DNA of 64,000 nucleotides from Phallusia mammillata (Eukaryota). The stretch spans positions 18,352,001 through 18,416,000 of the forward strand of contig OZ281501.1 in the NCBI GenBank assembly GCA_965637545.1, given 5' to 3'. The notes beneath the pieces are model-generated. The model saw nothing but the letters and a program-made list of their open reading frames with translations, searched no databases and was not told where the DNA came from. This document shows, one piece after another, positions 50,901 through 62,000 of this stretch. The translations under genes were made by a program, and so were the position numbers. Position 1 is the stretch's first letter; every line of letters begins with the position of its first letter.

Positions 50901-53182
50901 GGCCTGATGATATGTATTCACTTAGATCAGCAGTTCTCAACCAGTGGGCCATGGAAGCATTTTGATTGGGCCACAGACCAATAAAATATAAAGCTTTTCT
51001 AAGAATTTACTTTCATTTGTGTCACTACACTCAGTTTTACAAAAGTAATGGATTGGGGAGAAATTGAGAAGAAATGTAAATTAATTTGAATTTAACTATT
51101 TACGGCATAAAGTTACTTTGAGTTTCTGCCACACTTTATGTTTATGATGTAATAAACTACTTTATGATTACAATAAAGTCAGATAATAGCAGCATATCCA
51201 TTGTCCAATTAGTCGGTCATAACTGGAAGTGCTTGATTAAAACAAGGGAAAGTGCCGTTTTATGAATTTTTTTGCACTAAGTTATGAACTTATAATCTGT
51301 TTGAAATATGTTCTGCTTTTTTTCTGAACCCATTTTATAGTTGTTTTTTTCTTTCATAAAAATTTACTGGGCCACAGAATTTTTGAGGAATAAAAATGGG
51401 CCACGAAAGAAAAAAGGTTGAGAACCACTGACTTAGATGCTAACAGACCCATTTGCTAATTATTCTTTTGAAGGTCATTGCTCACAGTTAGGAACTTCTC
51501 ATGACTTGAAAGGATTTGTTTAATGTGTAAAATTTGCAGGGAAACAAAAGTAGGACATTTTATGACTTTTTTTAGTGGAAAGAACTAAACTTCCAACTAT
51601 CAGCAATGTAATAAAAGTTTTACACATTTGAAATTGAGCTGTCTACATATGTAAGTTCTGCTGTTTGTTAGGTCTTGCTGAGCGGGCAATGGAAATGATG
51701 GTGAAACGAGGATCAGAGCGAAGAACTTTCGGCAAGCGTATCATAGAGCATGTAAGTACACAACATCGGTGCCAAACCTTTTTGTGGTAACAGTAATAGT
51801 AATCGGTCGACATACACTTGGTGAAAACCACTGCTTAATCCAATAATAGCCATTTTAAACCAATAAGGCATCACAATAATCAAACTGTGATTTATGACCA
51901 GTTGTGGCATCGAACATAATTCGTTAAGCGTGGTTTTTCAGCCTGATACTCCCAACACTAATGAGGCTATACACTAGCCAATACGACTAATGTCTTATCA
52001 CCAGTTATGACACCTTATTGGTTGAAACAGTGTACACTCTCTGAATTTAACTAAATAATAATAGCTGAATATGAGGGAAAGTAACATGCAAAAAATGTTT
52101 TGTTTCCTTACAGCAAGTTTGCCAACACCAGGTGGCCGAATGCAGAATATTAATCAACCAATCAAGACTTCTAACTCTACATGCTGCTTATATGATTGAC
52201 AACTGTGGAGCAAAGGGTGCAAGAAAAGAGGTTTGTGGCACACTCTTTCTTTAACAAAGTTTAGCACATAAATGCAGAAGCTTAAGTATCATTATGTGTA
52301 CAAGAAAAAAAACATTACATATCAGCTGTTAACAATGTGCAGAAAAGGTTACTCTATACAAATTGTGGACACAGTTAGGGCCTGTTAGAGCCTTGCCACA
52401 ACATTAGTTATTAAGTTGTCAGTGTCTATATTACTTTAGGGGTTATAGGTCACAGGTTTCACTAGTTTAAAACCTACTTAGGTCCTTAATATCTGGTTAT
52501 AGCAACTACCATATACTGAACCTAATCAAAGACAAAATTGTTCAGATTGCGATGATCAAAGTTGCAGTCCCTCGCATGTTGTGCAAAGTTATTGATCAAG
52601 CAATTCAGATTCACGGTGGCAATGGAGTCTGTCAAGACACACCTCTTGCTGCATGGTAGGATAACTTGTTTGCAATAAACCCTATTTTGACAAACTATTT
52701 ACCAACGGTAGGTAGTTCTTTGGGTCACAGCGATTGTTGATTTTAGAATTTTTGCAAAATTTTTTTTTACATTTTTTGACCACTGCATACATACTTAAGC
52801 AGGGCTACTCTGAAATATGTAATACACTTTTTAATTCAAGAAATTTATTACAGTAAAATGGTACTCAGTAGGTATTATTGTAATTGCAAGTTAGTAACTC
52901 AACCTAAAGGCCCTAACCATCAGCATTTTAACAGGCTTTATTAGAGGATTGCGTATTTTAGAGTAGTTCAAAAAGCATATAAAAATGTATGTGTATTATT
53001 TACATAGTTCTACATGTAAAAAACATTATACATTTATTTCTTTGCCCATTCAGTATTTTAAAAATATTTGAAGGTACTCTGGAGCGAGGACGTTAAGAAT
53101 AGCAGATGGCCCGGATGAAGTACATTTGGGTGGAATTGCTAAACTCGAAATTCGTGACCAGTTGTTTAAGCCAAAGATGTGA
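41999..53182 (+). CDS. ACAD11: Acyl-CoA dehydrogenase family member 11-like (APH-type kinase domain plus ACAD domain), about 763 aa, 19 exons
   Basis: Exons 41999-42117, 42355-42454, 42773-42898, 43134-43292, 43808-43972, 44206-44342, 45524-45659, 46008-46117, 47461-47572, 48218-48286, 48628-48766, 49277-49384, 49548-49646, 49723-49875, 50562-50705, 51672-51751, 52114-52230, 52546-52655, 53074-53182 (2292 nt). Kinase motifs GQSNPTY, LRKKPPG, HGDYxxxN, VLDWELS. ACAD motifs [48 protein letters not shown]. No N-terminal HAD domain is seen, so ACAD11 rather than ACAD10. Confidence 0.92.
43426..43652. mobile_element. hAT (Charlie/Buster-type) MITE
   Basis: TIRs CAGGGCTTCTCAAACT / AGTTTGAGAAGCCCTC; GGGGTCGC subterminal repeats; TSD ATATATAG/ATTTATAC (6/8). 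Confidence 0.85.
44508..44782 (-). mobile_element. Non-autonomous Penelope-like element remnant (pLTR with hammerhead plus inverted partial pLTR)
   Basis: Inverted repeat of about 30-35 bp: CATCAAGTTTATAGAGCTTATCTGGCAA from 44538 versus TTGCCAGAAGAGCTCTATAAACTTGATG ending 44782. It encloses the hammerhead. An 11-bp direct repeat ATGCAAGATTT lies at 44497-44507 and 44780-44790, with about 30 bp of extra tail at 44508-44537. Confidence 0.7.
44571..44626 (-). ncRNA. Minimal type-I hammerhead ribozyme (Penelope/retrozyme type)
   Basis: Minus strand reads GUUAUUUACC-CUGAUGA-A-GGCGACCUGUAUAGGACGCC-GAAAC-GUC/GGAAUAAAAC. Core boxes CUGAUGA and GAAA are intact. Stem II is GGCG-A-CCU(GUAU)AGG-A-CGCC. 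Stem III is reduced to the palindrome ACGU with a GUC cleavage triplet. Stem I is CC/GG plus UUAUU/AAUAA after a bulge. Confidence 0.85.
45031..45462. mobile_element. hAT (Ac-type) MITE
   Basis: Perfect TIRs TAGTGATGGGACG; perfect TSD CTTAATAT; many GATACCGAGTAC subterminal repeats at both ends. Confidence 0.93.
48299..48572. mobile_element. hAT (Charlie/Buster-type) MITE
   Basis: TIRs CAGTGGTTCTCAA / TTGAGAACCATG (1-nt deletion); GTGGTACGC repeats; TSD GTTTGAGC/GTTTAAGG. Confidence 0.85.
48943..49122. mobile_element. hAT MITE
   Basis: Perfect 15-bp TIRs CAGTGGTGGGATTCA; TSD GCTAAGGA/GCTAAGGG; GAACCGG subterminal repeats. Confidence 0.92.
49970..50228. mobile_element. hAT MITE (Tip100/Ac-like ends)
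   Basis: TIRs CATGGGCGCCG / CGGCGCCCATG; perfect TSD ATTTGAAC; GGGGGCAA / TTGCCCC subterminal motifs. Confidence 0.92.
50928..51430. mobile_element. hAT (Charlie/Buster-type) MITE
   Basis: TIRs CAGCAGTTCTCAACC / GGTTGAGAACCACTG; perfect TSD ACTTAGAT; TGGGCCAC subterminal motifs. Confidence 0.92.
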
Positions 53183-53426
53183 GAACTATGGCACTGCTGA
53201 CTGCCCCATTTAAGTTGTCTTTAATTTTCCAAGAAGCCCTATTGTTGTTGTAATTGAATACTATGCACATGTGCCAAACGTTTTAGTGCAACTCGTGTGT
53301 GCTTTAAAATTACATTAATGCACTGATGATGTTTTAATGTTTTGTGCATCAAGAAAATCTATGTTGCGATTTCTACGGTTGTGTTGCTTTTTTGTGATCG
53401 CACTTGTCAAAGTTTAATGTTATTGC

Positions 53427-53432
53427 AATAAA
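53427..53432 (+). terminator. ACAD11 polyadenylation signal
   Basis: AATAAA 245 nt after the stop. The convergent TMBIM6 signal (TTTATT on +) is at 53660-53665. Confidence 0.65.
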
Positions 53433-54049
53433 AACAAACCAGTCATGAAAAAGTTTTGAATGTGATTACAGCATTACCAGTTTTTAAGTATCAGTTAACT
53501 GTTACTGGCTCACCAAAATTGCACATTTTTTGAGATTTTCTTTGTCACGGAGTAGACTTGTGCACAAACCTTTCCACTGTAACATTTATATAAAACTTGC
53601 CTTCGAAAGATAAAACATCCACTATTTTTTGGATACCAATACTTTCATTTAACGATTATTTTATTTACACCAACTGCAAATCCCAAGAACAAAACAAAAT
53701 GTCTCCGCTTTTATATCTAAACAGAAAATCCACCAAAACTAGGCAATCATGTGTAAGATTCTGTATCTTAGCAACACTGATTACAATGTATTGAACTTAT
53801 GTTGACCTATAGGCAACATACAGCTATATTTGCTGGGCTAGAAGTTAAATTATTGATTGGTTTCCATTATTATTCAAATTAGTTCGCACAAAGATTAAAT
53901 TGCATCCATAAAATGTACAGTAGACTACTAAAACTGCCAGTGAAATTAAACAGGCAACAACATAAAACAAGAATCCATTTACAAACAAATTACTCAAAGT
54001 CGCACACACATATATTTGTACAACACAAAGTTAGATGTAAGTTATAAGC

Positions 54050-56638
54050 TTAATTCTTCTTCTTATTTTTGTTTTCGTTGAGCCCGAGAATAATAATCAG
54101 ACGACGGAAAATGTTGATGAAGTCCAAGAAAAGGTCGACGCTGTGCCTGCAAAAACATTAACAAGTTTACAATCACTGCATTTGTATCATAGCACATTCA
54201 AACTCTGTGAGGTGCCTTAACATTTAGTCTGGAGATTCAAACTTGAAATTTTGCCCTAATCCTCAACAATACATAAAATGGTAACTGTAATGCCAAGTTA
54301 GTAAATGCTACAATGCAAAATACATGTATATTTGACATTCAAGTGTTACAAGTAAATTTTTGAAAATATATCTGCAGTTTGAATATAAACAAGTTTAGTA
54401 AATTTAGGTATTGGAAATACATATAATACATAACTAACATGAAAATGTATGTAAAGCCTTCAGGCACATTGTATAACCATGATTGCCGAAGGGTATGTTA
54501 TTTGCAGAACTAACATGTGTATTTTAAGTATTTTTAGCAGCACACATTGGCACAAATATGAAGTTTTACTAACCAGATGTAGTCGTTGTCACCATTCATG
54601 TGACGTTCCACGATCAATTGTGTGTCGTACAAAACAAACGCACAGAAAATAGCAACACCGGCATAAAGATGGAATTGGAAGAGGGCAAATGACTTAAAGA
54701 ACATGTTAAGGATGGATGTGACCAACATAATGGTCAATGCACTGCCAAGGAAACCTAAAAAAACATGTCAATGTCAGTTCAATATTTCTGGTTCAGTTTG
54801 CTTGGGCTACAAAAGCTGTAGGAATGCCAAAAAGAGGAACTGAACCTGATCCAAGGTTGAAAGCAAACAGATATGGTAGTTTTATTTCCGTGTTGGACAG
54901 ATGAATGTCGATTGCACAACTGAAGTGTACATAAGGCAGAAAGGAAAACTATTTCCCAGTTACACATTGTCAGCGGCATATGTTGTTTACATTTACACTA
55001 CCAGCAGTTTACTGGATTAAATACTGGCATATTCTATCACAATATACAAGCATCTGTCTCAGGTCTATTGAAATGTATAACAGCATAAATAGATGTAACA
55101 AGCTAGCATAAATGTTGCATGAAATGGTGGCATGACTGTTATGTTTATTTATACATCACAACATGGCATTAATGCCAAAATGACAATTGAATTACGTCAT
55201 AACACTTTGGTTAATAGGAAGCCACTTACGTCACAAAATTCGGAATGTCTTAAGTTATGTGATGTTTTTAAATGGCCTTACAGCTTTTTTATTCGAAATT
55301 TCATTTTGAAGGTAAACTGGCTTCTCACGCTATGTATGCGGTAATGGATTAATATTACAAAATTACTCTTAATTATTTTCTTTCTCTATAAAACTTACCT
55401 CCTAGATACAAATAAGATCTACGCTGTGCATAGAGGGCACTGACGCTGAAGCACACAAAAATAATGGAAGTGGCAATGAAGGCGGTGACAATAATCTGTG
55501 GGTTAATCTGGATGGCAAAATCAAGCACAGGTCCCAGACCAAGTCCTGTAAAAAACATGTATATGAGTGCAAGTTTGCAAAAACTGTAGTCGTAACTGAT
55601 ATATCTTACCCATAGCTCCACCGAATGCGGCAAGGATTCCGACTCGTTTAGTTTGATTTTCTTTGGTGTGTGACGTTGCTGCAAGCCAAACCATCAGTCC
55701 AATGGCAACAAGTGTCGAAAGTAAACCACCCTAAAAACAATACATACTTTATATGTATGTATTTCATCCAGTACAAACAAAACACAGCCTGGGTGTGTAA
55801 AAATGTTAGATAGTTTTATTTACTGGGGGACTTTAATGAAATAAATCAAACAAAACACTAAAAAAAGCGCTTGTACAATACATTTTGCAAGTGAAAAGCA
55901 TTGATAGCAAAACATGTATTATGCACCAGAATTACTGTTACAAAGCAATGAGCAAGAAAAGTTTAAGGCATTTTTTGTCCTGTAAATGTCGGTTGACAAG
56001 TGTAGCATATAAGTATACCTGAATAAATCCCCCTTTAAGGTGAAGGAAGGCCCCAGCACTGGCCGACAACATAGTGAGTGTGAGGCATGTGTAGACATTC
56101 CTCAGATGGTTTTTGGTCGATGTTGTTCTGTAAAGAGGAAGTGAGTAATGTATGAAAAACCATATGTGCATATAAGCGGTCAGCAACAATGAAAAATAAC
56201 AAAACATATGCACAGAATGAATACAGAGTCAAAATTAGCTTTTTGGTGTGTTGTTTTTGCAATTTTATCACTATGTGCAACACACAATAGGATATTTAAA
56301 GGTAAACATAAAGGAAAAAATTGGACACCATAAATTAATACATTTTAGCAATTTTTGTTGCATTTTTTGTAATGCTGTCAACAGCCTATTTTACTGTGAA
56401 ACATTTTAGGTTTAGATTTACAGGTCTAGGGTTAGGGTTCCTGAAAATTATTTAATTTTTATTTCCTAAATGCTGCAATCCAGATTGGAAAGAATGGCCT
56501 GCGTGGAGGATTTATCCTCCACGTTTCCAGGAGTGAACCATACTAAGAAATCAAACCAAACCAGAAGAAAGCTTACAATTGAGAGAAGTCTGTCAATGCA
56601 GCCATACTAATTCTTCGATTTCCAAACAACGAATCCAT
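54050..56638 (-). CDS. TMBIM6: Bax inhibitor 1 (transmembrane BAX inhibitor motif-containing 6), 238 aa, 6 coding exons
   Basis: Minus-strand exons 56638-56577, 56127-56019, 55730-55610, 55545-55399, 54754-54574, 54146-54050 (717 nt). Motifs [55 protein letters not shown] and a lysine-rich tail NKNKKKN*. Confidence 0.96.
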
Positions 56639-57435
56639 TTTAGGTTACTTGTCTCAACGTTTTAATTTATGTCTACTATCAAATGTTCTGCAGAAAAGAT
56701 ACACTTTCATTTAGTAAGTAATGACTTAACCATCAACCGAAAACTTCAAAAACAATACCACACATCTTTCTTTTTGAAAGATTTTGAAAGAAATGCTAGT
56801 AACAATTATTCGACATCTGAAAGAGCTTAATGAACTTTACATTGAATAAATATTAAAAACAACACAGTGCTAAGCATAGTGATTAGTGTATCAAACAAAA
56901 ACAAATGATGCATATAAATTTCACAAATATTTAGTAAGACAAAAAGCATCAAAAAGGTATCATAACCTAAACTGTACTTAGGTGTGCAATATGCTATTGA
57001 CTTCAGTTTGGGTGATAATTTGGTACTTAAGCTTTAGCTTTTAAAACATTAAATTCAGTAAAACATATAATACAGCAACTGATTCAGTTCGTCTATTTTA
57101 TATTTACAAGGCCCCATTTACTTAACATTTGTCCTAGAAACAAGAACATTACAGAATATATGATTACACTTAAATCAAAACCTGCCTTTCTTTAAAGTTC
57201 TTCGGACATCAACAACAATTTAAAATGTTGTCTGTATCTAAACAAAAAACATCCTGTCACAAAGTTCAACACTTCCTTATTTACAGTTTTAAGCCTAAAA
57301 AACACAATTTTCCAACCAGACTTCAAAAACGCGTTAATGGCAACACTACGCAAGCGTATTTACTGAACTATAACAAAAATACAATTTGTAAACGCCATCT
57401 AAAGCAGAAATTGCTCGAATGTTTTGGTTCCCCTT

Positions 57436-57650
57436 CTTACTGATCGCCATTATTATTTTCAGCCCGAATGAAAACACGCTATTGGTCGAAACTCCGCTCA
57501 TCATCACGTGATAAATGACATTCGATCAGCCCTGCTGCAAAATGCGACGTGTACTAAACGAAATGATGAGAAACCGTTGTGAAATTTCAACATTACGCTG
57601 TTTTATAAAGTTGACGTTTATTTCAAACCCAGGTGACATATTTACAGGTA
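57436..57650. promoter_or_regulatory. Bidirectional promoter for TMBIM6 (-) and neurabin (+)
   Basis: Head-to-head genes; CpG-rich patch with YY1-like CGCCATT (57445), CCAAT on the minus strand (57481), palindromic TCACGTGA (57504), a minus-strand donor at 57440 and a plus-strand donor near 57632. Confidence 0.6.
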
Positions 57651-59074
57651 TTCTTGTTTTATCAAACAAATGTTTGTTTCTTTTTTATCGCCAGTTGGCT
57701 GAAACTGAATCATTTTTACTAGATTTCGTTTCGACTTGAGAGTCGATCACTATCCTTTTGTACCAGAAATACGTTGTGGGTTGGAGGAATGCAACTCAGA
57801 GAGCACTTCATCGGTTCTTCGTTCTTCCAAACCCAGCGAATACAAGGCCATTTTAGCGACGAAGTGGTAAACACGTAGATATCTATCTTTAATTCCGCCA
57901 CCTATTTTTACTTTATCAAAATGTTTAGCCCCTAAAATCTTGTTTCATTATTTGCGGTGAACTACAATAGACTCAATACTAGCTTGTTACGCAGCTTGTT
58001 TAGGTCTTGATTTGCGTTTTCCGACGTGTTCTTGTCAATAATTTGTCTAAAACGAGCACAGCAGACACAGAATCATGTGATACGGAATTTCAATGCAGCC
58101 TTGTAGCATCGCTTTGCGGGCGCTTGAACATTTTTTTACTTACATAAGCGGGCGTAAAAGAGCACAAATACTAAGACAATGCTCCCTTGCGGGAAAAACG
58201 AAAAAGTTCGAACAAGTGGTTTAAAAATTTTGTTTTGTTTAAAATTGTGTAGGCGTGACTGTTGTTGACAGGAAAATTGTTTGCCTGAGTCATTTTGCTG
58301 ATTTTGTTCTAAGATTTTGCTGAAAAGGGCTGAATTATTAGTCCCATGTTATCATAACATTCGAAGAACAAAATTAATTTTGTTAAAAACGTAGATTACG
58401 CTGTCGCCTTTCTAACTAAAGGCGCGTATTTTTGTATTAGTGTTGACGTAAGTATGGCAGTAAACTTAGCCATAAACGTTACACAAAACTGTAAAAAGGA
58501 GTATGTTATGTATCGTTACTCGTAGTCGTAAGGCAGTTTAGCAAATAACAACACATAAAAAACATTAGGTAAAAAATTAAAGTAGCTTTTGCACACAGGT
58601 GTTGTTTAAGAATTACTTCATGAGAATGAAGACCTTATTACCCCAAGAAATTATGTTATTATTTGTGTTTTAATACCAATAATATTATTTGCGTTTTAAT
58701 ACCGTTATTTGTTGCCACACTTTATACGCATGCAACTTGTTTTTACAGTAAAGCTTTGTTTGAACATTTGCTGTCATGGATGAATTTTGCCTCTGGGCAT
58801 TCCTTATCAGTTTATCACCAATGATTCAGGCATGTGAATTTAGATCATCACCAAAATTGTTTCCATTTGGCAAAACAGGTTTATCATGTTCATTCAAAGT
58901 GTAAATCACTATCTTTAAAGCACAGAATTAAGATGTTGTTTTTTCAGCATGAATTTCCTAACAGATATAAAATTGTCACTGTGTTTCTAATAACTGTAAA
59001 TAAATAATTGCATGCTGTAAATTTTTTCAACATCCCTGTGGACATTACACACTCCTGTACATTTTATTGTTGCC

Positions 59075-62000
59075 ATGGCTTCACCGGCAGTTCTGACTTC
59101 ACCTTCACATAGAAACAAATGTGGACGCCGTTTCAGTGCTTTGCAAGAAAGTCTTGTGAAAGAAATCAACCCAAATGATGAGTAAGTTAGTTTACTCATC
59201 ATTATGCTTGTGCTTGTTATGTAATTTGTTGCTTGTTGAAGTTTACATACATTCTGTTACATATTTGTTTCATGCTAAACTTAGCAAAAGGCCGTATATT
59301 TGTATGTAACGTCATAATTTAAAGTCTGTTATTTTTGTTGCAAGTACATGCATTTCAAACACATGCTTAAAACTTGTGCCTTATTTTAAAGCAGAAACAA
59401 TAAACACAAAAAGTTTATTTTCATGTGATTAAAAACACATTACCACAAAACCTTTTTTCAACCATTTTAAAATCGAACGAAACAACACTAGCCTATTTTC
59501 ACTTGTAGTTCTGCCTCACCTAAACCTGTTCTGTTGAAACAAGCCAAGCTTGTAAAAATGACAATCTGCTGAAAAAAGGCTTAGACAGAAAGAGAAAGTT
59601 TTTTTATGGTGCCTTAAACTTCTGTCAATAATTAATCTGCCATGTACAAAGCAAACCTACAAGCACTGTTGACTCTTATCCATATGCTGTTGTATATTCT
59701 GTTCAATAATGATTCAAAACCATAGTTCATCAGTGTCTTGTAGGAATCTTTCAACAGAAAAGATAGAACAAAGTCAGTAACAGACCACATGTGGGTATTG
59801 CCCACTCTCTGCAAACTCAAGCTGTAAAGGAAATATGATTTACGCCCCCTGTATCCTCCCAGCCAGCATTTAGTCAGAGATGTCTGAGGGCCACTTTAGT
59901 TGTAAACTGGTGTGTGTGTAAGCACAGCTTGCAGGAAGGAACCTTAGTGTAATGTTTTCAGTTGAAGTCTTGTTGTATAATTGGTGTTTTATGTAAATTG
60001 CTTTAAATGGCAAGGAAGGCTTATAAAAAAATTAAAAAACAGCAGTTATTTGGCTTGAAAAAGTCTCTAAGCAAAGCCAACTATTAATTGTTTGTTGGTG
60101 TCAAGTATGGTCTTAGGAAGCTAAATTTTACCACATAGTTTGATGTTTAAAGATTTTGTTTAAAGATTTTTGCGTGTTGTTTCTTTAGTGACAACTTTGG
60201 TTCCCATGTGTCAAGGATAAAGTACAAATTCATGCAAACTGCTACACCAGACTCAAGTATGGCAGCTGATGTGAAAAATAGCAATGGAACCACTGACATA
60301 ATAAGTCGTCGCGACAAATTTACATCAGCAAAAAAGGTACACCAGTTTTGTCAAAAGGATATGAATGTATAACCTCAGTCTTTGTTATGTTTATGACAAT
60401 GATTCACTCTTGTATACACATTGTACATATGCTTCACAAAGAGACATTACCTTTATCGTATTTTAATAGTTTTGATGTAAATTTTTAGAAGCTTTGGTAT
60501 GTGCATTAAATAGGGGTGTTTTTTAAGTGTCAACCATTTTTGTAGATTTTTGAGTGCCTTGAATCCACACCAGTTCACCATCCAGCACCTCCAGTTTATC
60601 GTAAAGCTTCAGGAATTTCATCCCCCACTCGAAACTTACCTCAAAGCCCTACGACAACTGGTCCATTTACGTCGTGGTCAACACTGGCTAGTGATGAACC
60701 GTACAGAGATCGAAAAGTTTCCGAGTCTTCCACAACGACGACCAATAGTAGTATCGACACATCTCCTAAACATAATAATCGAGGTCGCAATGTTGTTTCT
60801 AACCGAAAAGCCATGAGAGGTTAGATATTGTCGGCACCTGGTACATGGTAGATTTACTCATGTTGATTTGTGGTCCTTTAGTTGCCTGTAAAATCTTGTG
60901 ATTGGTATGAAAGAATTTTTAATCCACAACCAAAATACGTGTAAGGCATATATATATAGGTTTAAAACACAAATATGTTGTTTTGTTTTCTGTGTTATGA
61001 TATATAAAGTCTTTCATTGAAATGGCAAGCAAAAAAAGTGTCCATGCCCTGTAAAACCTTTGTGATACTTTATATTCTAATTAGTCCAAATTGGACTGGT
61101 TAGGTGCTTTCAAAAGCATTGCGAAAAAGTTTTCTTAAAAAGGGCACCATCAATCTTAGGTCGCCAGTTGTCACAAAAGTTGTCCCCTATCATGTAGTCG
61201 TGACTGATTATTCACTCGTCGCAAACAATTCAAGCATTTCCTCCTCATGCAAATTGACATATTTTTGCCCGCACCATTTAAGTGTCTGCAGTCAGATTGA
61301 GGCCAGCCGCCTGTTAGCTGTTACAAGTTTTAGTTTCACCTCAAGTTTTTTATGGCTTCAGGAAGTTCAATGGATGCAAGAGTACGGTCGCCTTCCTCTG
61401 AAAGGGAAAACTTTCTCACAGACCGTAGCGCACATAATGGTAGAAGTCGACCGTCACGGAGGAATACACCTGCATACGAGGAAGGAAAAGGTATTTGTGA
61501 ATTGTGTACTGAAATTAATACTGGTTTTAAATGACAGAGAATGGAAAATATTTTGCTAGTGACAGAATCAGTCAAATAAACATGCATAAAATGAAATATA
61601 AATATATATATATTTCACATAATTGGTGTCTTCAGTTTCTATAAATCCACAGGATTAAACATATTAAAAGATAAATAAAAGTACTTAAAAACACATCTAT
61701 TCACATGTGATTGTCAATGTCCATGCTGTCTGTTGGAGGGGCGGTTACTGTTCAGAATAATCACTCTTAGCTTATGATTTCTGGTTTAGCAGGCAATTTT
61801 AGTTGCTTGCTCAACAACAGTGTTGCAAAGAACAACATTTAGTTTGATGTTAATGTTTGTTAAAAAGAACTCATAGCCTTTTTGTTTGCATGTTGAACGA
61901 CCCCAAACAGTGAACAATGTTTTTTGTATTCAGATGCATCACATCGCAACGTCAGCCAAATGATTTTAAATTTTGAGAAACGCTCAAAATCCACGGACCG

